Origin: an uncultured bacterium
Lineage (GTDB): Bacteria; Zhuqueibacterota; QNDG01; DSAB01
DNA length: 64,000 nucleotides
Direction: 5' to 3'
NCBI GenBank assembly: GCA_964614115.1
Contig: CAZTKR010000001.1
Span: forward strand, 10,614 to 74,613
The position numbers and the translations under genes were made by a program. The notes under the pieces were generated by a model. The model saw nothing but the letters and a program-made list of their open reading frames with translations, had not been told where the DNA came from and ran no database searches. The first letter of the stretch is position 1. The number at the start of each line of letters is the position of its first letter. Positions 39,499 through 49,378 of this stretch are shown in pieces.

Positions 39499-40496
39499 AG
39501 GGGCGTCCCGACATCAAAGACATTCGTGAAGCCCACGACAGGATTCGGCCTTACATCCACAGAACGCCCGTGCTCACGTGTGCGTCCATCAATGCCATGG
39601 TCGGAGCACGCGTTTTTTTTAAGTGTGAGAATTTTCAAAAAGTCGGTGCCTTTAAGTTTCGGGGCGCCACGAATGCTGTCTTTAGCCTGTCGGACGAGGA
39701 GGCTAACAGAGGGGTGGTGACGCATTCATCGGGCAACCATGCTGCTGCATTGGCCTTGGCCGCGAGGAATCGGGGCATTACCGCCCGGATTGTCATGCCG
39801 TCCAACGCACCGCCCGTGAAAATAGCAGCCGTGGAAGGATACGGCGGGAACATCACGTTTTGCGAGCCCAAGCCTCAGGCCAGGGAAGAAGCAGCGGATC
39901 GCATCGTAAAAGAGACGGGCTCGACGCTGGTTCATCCCTCCAATGACGTGTCTGTCATCACGGGTCAGGGGACGACGGCCTTGGAATTCATCGAGACTGC
40001 GGGAGATTTGGATTTTCTCCTCACGCCGTTGGGGGGCGGGGGCCTGCTTAGCGGAACCGCCTTGACCGTGCGGGGCCTGAAGGCGAGGATCAAGGTCGTC
40101 GGATGCGAGCCCAAGAACGCCGATGATGCCTATCGTTCCATACGTGCCGGGCGAATCCTGCCGTCGGTGAATCCCGATACCATTGCCGACGGTCTTCGGA
40201 CGTCTCTGGGTGACAACACGTTTCCCATCATTCGGGACCTCGTGGATGATATCGTGCTGGTCAGCGAGGAGGAGATCGTGGCTGCTATGCAGACGATTTT
40301 TCAGAGGATGAAGATTGTTATCGAACCTTCTTCGGCCGTACCTGTGGCTGCCGCTTTATTCGAAAAAATACGGGTGACGGATAAAAACGTTGGTATCATT
40401 CTGTCCGGGGGAAATGTCGATTTCAGCCGATTCTTCCAGTCGATGCTCGGCAATCCTCCTCCACAAACGCCCCGGAAAAACGATTCACACCGATAG
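39495..40496 (+). CDS. Fold-type II PLP enzyme: serine/threonine dehydratase or serine-racemase-like
   Basis: PLP lysine motif FKFRGA, Gly-rich loop GGGGLLSG, ~330 aa with no ACT domain. The start ATGA overlaps the ridA stop, indicating translational coupling. Confidence 0.85.
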   Translation: MKGRPDIKDIREAHDRIRPYIHRTPVLTCASINAMVGARVFFKCENFQKVGAFKFRGATNAVFSLSDEEANRGVVTHSSGNHAAALALAARNRGITARIVMPSNAPPVKIAAVEGYGGNITFCEPKPQAREEAADRIVKETGSTLVHPSNDVSVITGQGTTALEFIETAGDLDFLLTPLGGGGLLSGTALTVRGLKARIKVVGCEPKNADDAYRSIRAGRILPSVNPDTIADGLRTSLGDNTFPIIRDLVDDIVLVSEEEIVAAMQTIFQRMKIVIEPSSAVPVAAALFEKIRVTDKNVGIILSGGNVDFSRFFQSMLGNPPPQTPRKNDSHR

Positions 40497-40541
40497 CGTG
40501 TGAGCGCCTCCAACCCATTTAAACGTCCCTGGGAGGGAATC

Positions 40542-40880
40542 ATGTCTTATAAAATCACGTACTACAACGATATCGCCATCGTTACGGCAAAGGGCAGTTT
40601 GATGGGAGGCAAGGAAACGACGGATTATCATCAACTGGTCAAGGATTTGATATCCGGCAAGAACATTAAGATTATTGCCGACCTGGCCCAAGTGAAGTGG
40701 ATCAACAGCAAAGGATTGGGGATGCTGATGGCATGCTTCACGTCGTGCAAAAACGCGGGTGGCGATTTTAAAATCGTAGGGGCTACAGAAAAGGTCAAGA
40801 GCCTGCTGATGATGACCAAACTGCTAACGATCTTCGAATCCTTCGATATCATTGACGAGGCTGCGGCCAGCTTCAAGTAA
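40542..40880 (+). CDS. STAS-domain protein (anti-sigma-factor antagonist, SpoIIAA-like), orphan copy 1
   Basis: 113 aa. DLAQVKWINSKGLGMLM contains the phosphorylatable-Ser position. Paralog of the gene at 56010-56348. I place the start at ATG 40542, behind GGGAGGG. Confidence 0.8.
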   Translation: MSYKITYYNDIAIVTAKGSLMGGKETTDYHQLVKDLISGKNIKIIADLAQVKWINSKGLGMLMACFTSCKNAGGDFKIVGATEKVKSLLMMTKLLTIFESFDIIDEAAASFK

Positions 40881-41064
40881 CATCCGATTTCCTGGCCGAC
40901 GTGGCGCCTTGGAAAGACACGGGCACAATCCTCTTCATCATGGATTGAATGCCCTGCTTTATCATCGCGCAAAGGACGTTTTCATGCGTTCCTTCCTGGA
41001 TTCTTCGGCCCCAAATCAACCATGCCCGATACCATTCAAATGAAACGGTCCGCCTATTTCTTTC

Positions 41065-41092
41065 TTGACATTTGCCGAATATTTTATAAGAT
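41065..41092 (+). promoter_or_regulatory. Candidate sigma-70-type promoter (TTGACA, 16-nt spacer, TAAGAT)
   Basis: Consensus -35 hexamer and an acceptable -10, in a 490-bp non-coding region about 280 nt upstream of the formamidase gene. Confidence 0.3.
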
Positions 41093-41369
41093 GTTGATGG
41101 TACGTCCTTCTTCTGGAGTGGCATCGTATGAGGAACAGGGAAATCCGATTAATGTTCGCAGGGGACATCTGTTTGTGTCCGGAGCAGCGTGCCGTCTCCC
41201 GGGGAATGGATGTATCTCGAACTGTAACGATGATGCGTCTACTGGATTTTGCCAGAGCGATGTGCCGGGGTCTCGAAAGACAAAATAGACATCACCATAC
41301 AATCCCCATGCTTGGACTTTGAACCGGGCGGGGAGCGTCTTTTGAACGAATGATGGAGGGAGATAAACG

Positions 41370-42392
41370 ATGAAAACGAGGCATTCTTTATGGATTTTCT
41401 TCGGGATTTTTCTTTATGGAATCACGCTTTTCGGGCTTTCCTGTACGGGTTTACCGGAGGATACGGGCAAACCGAGAACGGTTCCCAAGGCCGAGTATTT
41501 TTTGACCAGGGATCAGACCCACAACAAATTCAGCCGGGCCATACCGCCCGTTCTGAGAGTTCCATCGGGGGCCGTGATCGAAGCGGAGACAGAAGAAGCT
41601 TCGGATGCGCAGATACTTATCGATTCCGATGTGGAGGATGTCGTCACCATGAAATCAGACCTCATTCATCCCATCACAGGCCCGGTTTATGTGGAAGGGG
41701 CCCTGCCGGGAGACGTACTGGCTGTGACGCTCCACAAGATCGAGATCGGCGATTACGGATGGGTGGCCATCTCCCCCGGTTTCGGGTTACTGGCGGATGA
41801 GTTCACGGAACCCTATCTCAGGACCTACGCGCTGGGACGGAATGCCACAGAAGTGTCGTTCTCGAATAAAATCACCATCCCGCTAAAACCCTTTCCAGGC
41901 GTCATGGGTGTTGCGCCGGATACCGACGAGATGCTCTCCACGATTCCGCCGAGGGCCAACGGCGGCAACATGGACGATCCCCATCTCGTGGAAGGGGTTA
42001 CCGTCTATTTTCCCGTTTTTGTGGAAGGCGCCCTTTTTTCTCTGGGAGATGCCCATTCGGTTCAGGGTGCCGGGGAGGTTTGCGGCACGGCCATCGAAAC
42101 GCCGATGAAAATAACGTACGAAGCGAACGTCATCAAGGGCAAGACGTACGTTCGAGAACCGCAGTACGAAACAGACGACACCTATGCCGTGACGGCTTTT
42201 GGGGCGACCATCGACGAGGCTGCCAGAAAAGCCTTGCGTTTTATGATCGATTATCTGGAGGCAGAGCATGGCATGGACCGCACCGAAGCCTATGTCCTGT
42301 GTTCCCTGGCCGGAGACTTGAAGATCGCCGAGGTCGTGGACGTGCCCCACATGCTGGTTTCCATGCATATCTCCAAAGGGATTTTACGCTAA
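41370..42392 (+). CDS. Acetamidase/formamidase family amidase (FmdA_AmdA), lipoprotein
   Basis: 340 aa. Lipobox LFGLSC. FmdA/AmdA family sequence features. Strong RBS GGAGGGAG. Confidence 0.85.
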   Translation: MKTRHSLWIFFGIFLYGITLFGLSCTGLPEDTGKPRTVPKAEYFLTRDQTHNKFSRAIPPVLRVPSGAVIEAETEEASDAQILIDSDVEDVVTMKSDLIHPITGPVYVEGALPGDVLAVTLHKIEIGDYGWVAISPGFGLLADEFTEPYLRTYALGRNATEVSFSNKITIPLKPFPGVMGVAPDTDEMLSTIPPRANGGNMDDPHLVEGVTVYFPVFVEGALFSLGDAHSVQGAGEVCGTAIETPMKITYEANVIKGKTYVREPQYETDDTYAVTAFGATIDEAARKALRFMIDYLEAEHGMDRTEAYVLCSLAGDLKIAEVVDVPHMLVSMHISKGILR

Positions 42393-42526
42393 AGACAGAT
42401 TGTGCTCGGACGATAACACGATGAGGGTAACCGTCAAATTCATCGGGGTACAGAACATAAAAAGTCGTGCAAGACAGAGTATCGAATCAGGCGATCGAAG
42501 AATCGTTCATCCTACAAAGGGTAAAG

Positions 42527-43948
42527 ATGACTAAGAACGGGGCAGCACATCCAGACGATGGTGTTCGATTGAGAATGTTCGGTGGAATATGGGGAGGTCT
42601 GTTTCCCCTGGTTGTACTCATCGTCGTTTTGTTCGTACTCTCCATCGGGGGCAAGGGTGGCGTTTCGGCATTCTGGACGGCGGGCTGGCTGGCGCTGGTG
42701 GCGGGGATGTTTCTGGCCAGGGACAAGGGGGCCTACTGCCAGACACTAATGAAGGGCCTGGGCGATAAGAACGGCATCGTCATCGTGACGGCGTGGCTGT
42801 TCGCCGGTGTCTTTGGGAAGATAATGGTGGCCGGGGGATTGGTCGACGGATTGGTGTGGTTTGGACTGAAGACAGGGGCTGCGGGCTCGCTGTTCTCGCT
42901 CATCGCGTTTGTGTCGGCCATGCTTTTTTCCATGGGTACGGGCACGAGTACGGGCACGGTACTGTCGCTGGTGCCTGTCCTCTATCCTGCCGGGGTTTTT
43001 CTCGGTGCGAGTCCAGCGATGCTGGCCGTGGGAATCCTGTCCGGAGCCGCGTTTGGTGATAATCTGGCACCCATTTCCGACACCACCATCGTTTCGGCAT
43101 TTACCCAGGAAGCGGAGATGCGGGACGTGGTCAGGAGCCGTTTTCCCCTGGCCATGACCGCGGCGCTGATGGCCGCGGCCGTGATTTTCATCTTTGGAGG
43201 CGGAGGAACCGTGAAAGACTTTCCCGAGATTCAGGCACGGATGCATCCTGCGGGACTATTGATGCTCATCCCTTTCATCATCGTGGTGGTGTCTGCCCTG
43301 TCCGGCCGGCATCTCGTGGAATCGCTGATCTACGGGAATGTGTCTGCTGCGGCTACAGGCATCCTCAACGGACAGACGAAACTGAGCACGCTTTTCTCCA
43401 TACCCGCGGAGCGTGGAGAATCCACGGGAATCATCCAAGACGGAATCAGCAGTGTGGTGGGTGCGGTGGTTTTTGCTCTGTTGATGCTGGCCATCACCCA
43501 GGTTTTGGTGGACAGCGGTGTACTGGAAAGGATACTGAGGGCGTTCGAGAGAGCATTCGTCAAGACGGTGAGAAGGGCAGAGTTGTCCATCATCTTCGTG
43601 ACGATTCTGGCCTCCATTCCCATCGCTTCCAACGCGGCAGCCGAGCTTCTCGTGGGCCCGGGCCTGGTGAAGCCGTTGGGGAAGAAGTTCAACCTCGCCG
43701 CGGCCAGACGGGCCAACCTGATGGACTGCTCCGTGTGTACGATTTTTTATACGATCCCCTGGGCCATCGCCGTGGTGGTCTGGTACGCGGCCGTGCAATC
43801 GGCGGCGGACGCGTTTCAGATACCAAGCTTGCCCTTCGGTGCGTCCTTCTTGAATCCCTATTCCTGGGCGCTTCTGGCCGTACTCCTCTTTTCTGCGGTC
43901 ACCGGCTGGAACCGGGCATTCGATGGAACCGCTCCTGAAGGCGAGTGA
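42527..43948 (+). CDS. Na+/H+ antiporter NhaC family transporter
   Basis: About 12 TM helices with NhaC-family features. The start is uncertain: the track ORF begins at 42467, and ATG 42527 or 42575 is more likely. Confidence 0.75.
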   Translation: MTKNGAAHPDDGVRLRMFGGIWGGLFPLVVLIVVLFVLSIGGKGGVSAFWTAGWLALVAGMFLARDKGAYCQTLMKGLGDKNGIVIVTAWLFAGVFGKIMVAGGLVDGLVWFGLKTGAAGSLFSLIAFVSAMLFSMGTGTSTGTVLSLVPVLYPAGVFLGASPAMLAVGILSGAAFGDNLAPISDTTIVSAFTQEAEMRDVVRSRFPLAMTAALMAAAVIFIFGGGGTVKDFPEIQARMHPAGLLMLIPFIIVVVSALSGRHLVESLIYGNVSAAATGILNGQTKLSTLFSIPAERGESTGIIQDGISSVVGAVVFALLMLAITQVLVDSGVLERILRAFERAFVKTVRRAELSIIFVTILASIPIASNAAAELLVGPGLVKPLGKKFNLAAARRANLMDCSVCTIFYTIPWAIAVVVWYAAVQSAADAFQIPSLPFGASFLNPYSWALLAVLLFSAVTGWNRAFDGTAPEGE

Positions 43949-44144
43949 ATGGTCATCCCCTTGTCAAGCCATCCTGAGATGGATACCCTGTCTCGTCTCG
44001 GTCGCAGACATTTATTTGAATGGATGGAGACACACACAACCGGATTCGTCATCGATGACAGAAAGAGGATGTTACCATAAGCGTCGAACCATATACAGAA
44101 GACCCGGCATAGGCATCTTTCGTCGGGTATAAGAGGAGACATCG

Positions 44145-45242
44145 ATGAGACGAAGAGACTTTTTAAAGACGACACCCTCCGCCAGCTTGGCGGTCGCATT
44201 GGGAGCAAAGAAAGGACGCACACGTCAGCAAGAGAGCAAGCCGCTCGTCATCGATGGCATGGCCGAGATACGGGTGAACTATCCCATGAGCCTGATCTCC
44301 GAGGTGTTGGACAGCGGCACGAATGTGGTGAGAATATCATTGGGGAGCCCCTTGCCGCCGGATACGGCGTATCAGATCGTACTGGACACGTATGCGGAAT
44401 ATGAGAGGCACATTAAGGTTCACGGCAACTATCTGGTGAAGGCGTCCTGCGTGGCCGATATCGATCAGGCAAAGAAGGAAGGACGCCTGGCACTGATGTA
44501 TTATTTCCAGAATGCGACGCCCATCGGATTTGACCTCGACAACATCGATTTTTTCTACAATCTGGGTATATCCAGCATACAGCTGACGTATAACACGAGA
44601 AACCTGGTGGGGGACGGGTGTATGGACAGGACGCATTCCGGGCTCTCGGAGTTTGGTCTGAATGTCATCGATCGTATGAACAGCCTGAACATGCTCGTCG
44701 ATTTATCCCACGCGAGCATGGCCACCATGGCGGACGGGATAAAACACTCCAAACAAACGGTTATCGTGGGACACTCGGGATGCAGAGCAGTATACGATCA
44801 TCCCAGGAACACGACGGACAAAAATATCCGGGCGCTGGCAGACAAGGGCGGTGTCATCGGCATGTACCAGATCAATCCCTTCCTGGGACCAAAACAACGA
44901 AACAGTTTGGAAGATTATTTGAACCATATCGATCATGCGGTAAACGTTGGAGGAATCGACCATGTGGGCATCTCCAGCGATCGGGAGCACATGCGGATCC
45001 CGGACACGGAGGAGGAAAGAAGAAGACTCGAGAAGGAGATGGAGGGCAAGAGCACGAAGGGTGTTTTCCGGGGACCGGATAAGAACAAGATAGATTGGCC
45101 CTTTTTCATCGAGGCGCTAAACGGCCCAAGACGTATGGAAACCGTCCGGGCCGGACTCGAAAAACGCGGATACAACGCCCGTGAGATCGAGAAGATCATG
45201 GGTCAGAATTTCTACAGGGTTTTCAAAGAAGTGATCGGATGA
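44145..45242 (+). CDS. Tat-exported membrane dipeptidase (peptidase M19, renal dipeptidase family)
   Basis: Twin-arginine motif MRRRDFLK. M19 metal-ligand regions (HxD near the N-terminus, DLSHAS, GHSGCRAV). Confidence 0.9.
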   Translation: MRRRDFLKTTPSASLAVALGAKKGRTRQQESKPLVIDGMAEIRVNYPMSLISEVLDSGTNVVRISLGSPLPPDTAYQIVLDTYAEYERHIKVHGNYLVKASCVADIDQAKKEGRLALMYYFQNATPIGFDLDNIDFFYNLGISSIQLTYNTRNLVGDGCMDRTHSGLSEFGLNVIDRMNSLNMLVDLSHASMATMADGIKHSKQTVIVGHSGCRAVYDHPRNTTDKNIRALADKGGVIGMYQINPFLGPKQRNSLEDYLNHIDHAVNVGGIDHVGISSDREHMRIPDTEEERRRLEKEMEGKSTKGVFRGPDKNKIDWPFFIEALNGPRRMETVRAGLEKRGYNAREIEKIMGQNFYRVFKEVIG

Positions 45243-45268
45243 AACTTAATAATCTATAAAGGAGGACG

Positions 45269-46513
45269 ATGGTCATGACGACGAGACGAGAGTTTATCAA
45301 AAAATCGGTTGCGGTTGCAGGCGGAACGGCTTTGATGGGCGTTCCGTTGGCATGCGGGAAGAGGACGCTTGCCGAAAAGAGCCGCGTTGTCTCCGCTGCG
45401 GCCGACGACATGCTGATAGGGCAGAAGTACAATCCCGACGCGGTTCACAGGGCCTTCGAGGAAGGGCTGATGGAGCTCACGGGCGAAAGTTCGCTGGGGG
45501 ATGCCTGGGCCGCCATGGTCTCGCCCGATGATGTGGTGGGCATCAAGATCAACTGTCTAGGAGCGCCGAAAGTCTCATCTTCTCTGGAGTCGATACGAGA
45601 AACGATTGCCGGACTCAAGTCGGCCGGTGTGAAGGAGAATAATATCATCGTATGGGATGCCAGGGATTGGATGTTCCAGAGAACGGGATTGAAGCTCAAC
45701 GACGGCACAGAAGGCGTTCGGATCATGGGCTCTTCCACGGAGTGGGAGGCGGCCATTCCCTGGATCGAAGGGTACGACAGAGACGTGCACTGGTCGTGGG
45801 ACGTGGGAACGCTGAAGAAGTACCAGGAACTGGTCCGGCAGAATTTTACCCAGGACGGTACGCACCGCGAGATTTTCAATTCCTGCGCTTGGCTGTGGAT
45901 GCTCATTCAGCAGGGGAATCCCAAGGCACAGAAGTACAACGAAGAAATCCGGAGGCTGTATATGGATTACAGCGACCGGGAAGGAATCAAGAAAATCGCA
46001 GAAGAAGTGGCCGATGAGTTCAACGATGTGACCATCGAGGACGAGGACAAGTCCTTCTTCTCGGAAATCGTGACGAAGAAGATCACCAAGCTCATCAACA
46101 TCCCCGTCCTCAAGCACAACGAGGACAGCGGCGTTACGTGGGCCACGAAGAACATCGCCCTGGGCGTGACGACCAACAAGATTCGTTTTCACATCGATTA
46201 CTGCACCACAGCCATACCGGAGATTCTCAACAATCCATCCATCAAGGATAAGATGGTTCTGCATATCGGAGAGGCCGCCAAAATTTCCACGGTCAGTGTG
46301 GCGGGCGCCCGCATGGCCTTTGACAACCGTCTCTTCTTCAGCAGGGATCCTGTGGCCATGGATCGCATCGGTCTGGACATCCTGGATGGGAAACGTGTGG
46401 AGCAGGGGCTGGAACCCATCCGGGACATCTCGACTCACATCGCAGCGTGTGCCAAGAAGGGATTGGGTACGGATGACATGAATAGAATCGATTTGAGAGA
46501 ATTGGTTGTGTGA
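45269..46513 (+). CDS. Tat-signal DUF362-domain protein
   Basis: TRREFIKK twin-arginine motif. DUF362-like N-terminal VVGIKINCLG (compare the vlIKPNl signature). The second ATG at 45275 has better SD spacing behind AGGAGG. Confidence 0.65.
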   Translation: MVMTTRREFIKKSVAVAGGTALMGVPLACGKRTLAEKSRVVSAAADDMLIGQKYNPDAVHRAFEEGLMELTGESSLGDAWAAMVSPDDVVGIKINCLGAPKVSSSLESIRETIAGLKSAGVKENNIIVWDARDWMFQRTGLKLNDGTEGVRIMGSSTEWEAAIPWIEGYDRDVHWSWDVGTLKKYQELVRQNFTQDGTHREIFNSCAWLWMLIQQGNPKAQKYNEEIRRLYMDYSDREGIKKIAEEVADEFNDVTIEDEDKSFFSEIVTKKITKLINIPVLKHNEDSGVTWATKNIALGVTTNKIRFHIDYCTTAIPEILNNPSIKDKMVLHIGEAAKISTVSVAGARMAFDNRLFFSRDPVAMDRIGLDILDGKRVEQGLEPIRDISTHIAACAKKGLGTDDMNRIDLRELVV

Positions 46514-46584
46514 ACGTCGGAATAGCAGATGGAGACCTGTCTTGATGCGATGCCATCTGCAAAGCATAAAAGGGAAAAGATCGT

Positions 46585-48291
46585 ATGAATAAGAGAACAG
46601 GAATCATCGTCTTTGGAATTCTGCTATGTTTTTGTCGGAGCTGCAGCAACCGCTATACAGGCCCCCCGGCGGACCTGGTCATCAAGAACGCCAAGGTCGT
46701 GACCATCGACAGGAAAAATCCCAGGGCCGAGGCCGTGGCCGTGTCTGGTGAATTTATCGTCGGTGTGGGTTCGAATCGACACATTCAACAATTCGTCGAG
46801 GAAGGTAAAACCACGGTCATCGACGCCCAGGGCCGGCTGGTCGTACCGGGATTCAACGATGCCCACGCCCACTTCAGAGCCATCGATCCGGACTACATCG
46901 ACCTGAGGTACATCACCGACCCGGGCATCATCACGCGGCGTGTACGGGAGAAGGTGGCCAAAGCCCAGCCGGGAGAGCTCATCCGGGGAGGACGCTGGGA
47001 ACACGAGATGTTCCACAACAAGCAATGGCCGACAAAAGAGCTCGTCGATTCTGTGTCGCCCAGAAATCCGGTTGCTCTGAGCCGGGCCGACGGCCATTCG
47101 GTTCTGGTCAACAGCTATGTGCTCCGCCATTCGGGTATCACCAAGGACACGCCCGATCCGCCGGGCGGCGAGATTCAGAAAGACCCGGTCACGGGCGAAC
47201 CCACGGGCATCATCAAAGAACTGGCGCGGCGTCTTCTGGATTACGGCGATGTCGAAGTCGTCCGAACGCCCGAAGAGGAGGAAGCCCGGGATGTCGAAGG
47301 CTGGCTGGCGGCGCTGGACATGGCCAAGCGTCTGGGTGTGACCACGGTCCAGCTTCCGCCTGGAGATTTCGAGCCCTTCCAGAAGCTTCGGGACATGGAA
47401 AAGCTTACCCTGCGCGCCTACATCGGCCAGCGATTGGACGGATTAACGCCAGAAGATCTGGAGACGTATCAAAAGCTCCGGGAAACGTATCCCCTGGAGG
47501 ACAACTGGATACGGTTCGGTTTTCTGAAAGGCCATATCGACGGCACCCTGGGCTCGGGTACGATGCTGGTGTTCGAGCCCTTTGAGGATGAGCCGGACAA
47601 GACGGGACTGCCCTTCCAGCCGTACGAAGAGCTGGAACGCATCATCGTGGAAGCGGACAGGGCAGGATTCCAGGTGGCCATCCATGCCATCGGGCCCAAG
47701 GGGAATCACCTGACGCTGAATGCCATCCAGGAAGCCATCCAACGCAACGGCAACAGGGATCATCGGCACCGGATCGAACACGCGCAGTTTCTCATCGATG
47801 ACGACATTCCCCGATTCGCTGAGCTGGGTGTGATCGCCTCCATGCAGCCGACCCACTGCATCACGGACAAGCGATTCGCCGAAAAGCGGGTGGGGCGGGA
47901 GCGGTGCCGGGGAGCCTATGCATGGCGGAGCCTCCTGGACGTCGGAGCAAGGATCGCCTTTGGAACCGACTATGCCGTAGAACCACTGGACCCCATGGAA
48001 GGGTTGTACGCGGCCGTCACGCGCAAGGATCGGGCAGGAGAAGAGGGAGACGGCTGGTTTCCGGAACAGAAGCTGACGATGGAGGAGGCCATCGCGTTGT
48101 ATACGGTGGGATCGGCCTATTCCGAGTTCATGGAGGATCGGAAAGGCATGATCAAGGAGGGATATCTGGCAGATATGGTGATCCTTGACCGGGATTTGAT
48201 GACGATCCCCGAAGATCAGATCATGAAGACCCGAGTGGATGTGACTGTGGTCGGCGGAAAAATCGCGTATGAACGGGAGGATGTCCGCTGA
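46585..48291 (+). CDS. Amidohydrolase 3 family protein (YtcJ-like), lipoprotein or secreted
   Basis: 568 aa. Signal peptide with Cys. PGFNDAHAHF HxH motif. Distal His/Asp ligands (HAIGPKG, FGTDYAVEPLDP). Confidence 0.85.
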   Translation: MNKRTGIIVFGILLCFCRSCSNRYTGPPADLVIKNAKVVTIDRKNPRAEAVAVSGEFIVGVGSNRHIQQFVEEGKTTVIDAQGRLVVPGFNDAHAHFRAIDPDYIDLRYITDPGIITRRVREKVAKAQPGELIRGGRWEHEMFHNKQWPTKELVDSVSPRNPVALSRADGHSVLVNSYVLRHSGITKDTPDPPGGEIQKDPVTGEPTGIIKELARRLLDYGDVEVVRTPEEEEARDVEGWLAALDMAKRLGVTTVQLPPGDFEPFQKLRDMEKLTLRAYIGQRLDGLTPEDLETYQKLRETYPLEDNWIRFGFLKGHIDGTLGSGTMLVFEPFEDEPDKTGLPFQPYEELERIIVEADRAGFQVAIHAIGPKGNHLTLNAIQEAIQRNGNRDHRHRIEHAQFLIDDDIPRFAELGVIASMQPTHCITDKRFAEKRVGRERCRGAYAWRSLLDVGARIAFGTDYAVEPLDPMEGLYAAVTRKDRAGEEGDGWFPEQKLTMEEAIALYTVGSAYSEFMEDRKGMIKEGYLADMVILDRDLMTIPEDQIMKTRVDVTVVGGKIAYEREDVR

Positions 48292-48486
48292 TCTCGGAAT
48301 GGGCACTCCGATGAACGATACAGCACCTAAATTCGTGGTTAAGGCTCTGTGGCTTTTTTGCCCCATAATCGATGTGCAGGATTCGTTTTCAGTGTATCTT
48401 CTTCAGCTCGCTCACGCATGCCATGACCTTTGCGCTTCCATGTGATACATTCAATGATGAGGTCAGTCATGGACGAGGAGGATAGG

Positions 48487-49260
48487 ATGAAACGGTCACC
48501 TATTTACACTATAGGAATCGGACTTTTTTGGCTGATGGCCGCCTGCGCGCCGTCGGACAATTTTGTGGTACACCATCAGGCGACAGGCCCCATCATGACA
48601 AACTGTTACCTATTGTATGATGAGACTAGCAAAGAGGCGGCCCTTTTCGATGTCGGAGGCCCCATCGATTCGCTTCTGACGTATATAGACGAGAACGATC
48701 TGAAGTTGAAGTACATATTTGCCACGCACTGTCATATGGATCATGTCGAGGGAATACCGGTGGTCAAGAAACAATTTCCAGATGCATCGGTCTGTTTTAA
48801 TAGAGAAGAATACGAGGATTTGCAGGTTTTCAGAGAATGGTTTGAAGAAAACATACCGCCCGAAGAACTGGCAGAGATGAAGCGAGTCCCTGGCATCGCC
48901 AAGTGGTTTTCCATGGATCTTGCAGACATCGGAGAGCCGGATATTTGGCTTGAGGACGATAAGACGTACAGGTTGGGCGGGCTGAAGATAAAAACCATAC
49001 TGTCTCCCGGACATTCCCGGGGAAGTATGTGTTTCATCGTCGGTGATGTGCTGTTTTCAGGCGATGTTCTATTCTACCGGAGGGTAGGGAGGACGGACCT
49101 TCTGGGAGGATCGTCCGAGGCACAAGTGCGATCCGTACAGCGGCTGTATGAACGGCTACCCGATGAAACCAAAGTCTATCCGGGTCACGGTCAAATCACG
49201 GATATCGGGTCTGAAAAAACCGAGAATCGGGACGTGACCACGGATACGAGCCATCTCTGA
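48487..49260 (+). CDS. MBL-fold metallo-hydrolase (glyoxalase II-like), lipoprotein
   Basis: Lipobox LMAAC. ATHCHMDHVEG motif. I place the start at ATG 48487, behind GAGGAGG. The track ORF begins at 48430. Confidence 0.8.
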   Translation: MKRSPIYTIGIGLFWLMAACAPSDNFVVHHQATGPIMTNCYLLYDETSKEAALFDVGGPIDSLLTYIDENDLKLKYIFATHCHMDHVEGIPVVKKQFPDASVCFNREEYEDLQVFREWFEENIPPEELAEMKRVPGIAKWFSMDLADIGEPDIWLEDDKTYRLGGLKIKTILSPGHSRGSMCFIVGDVLFSGDVLFYRRVGRTDLLGGSSEAQVRSVQRLYERLPDETKVYPGHGQITDIGSEKTENRDVTTDTSHL

Positions 49261-49378
49261 CGCTCGAGAGACTGGAGCTATCGCAAGTTCGGCATCGAAG
49301 ACGATCCGAAGAAAGGTTGAAAAGCTTTTAGGGATTGATAAGTATCTGTCGAAAAATATACAACCGGAGGACAGACGT

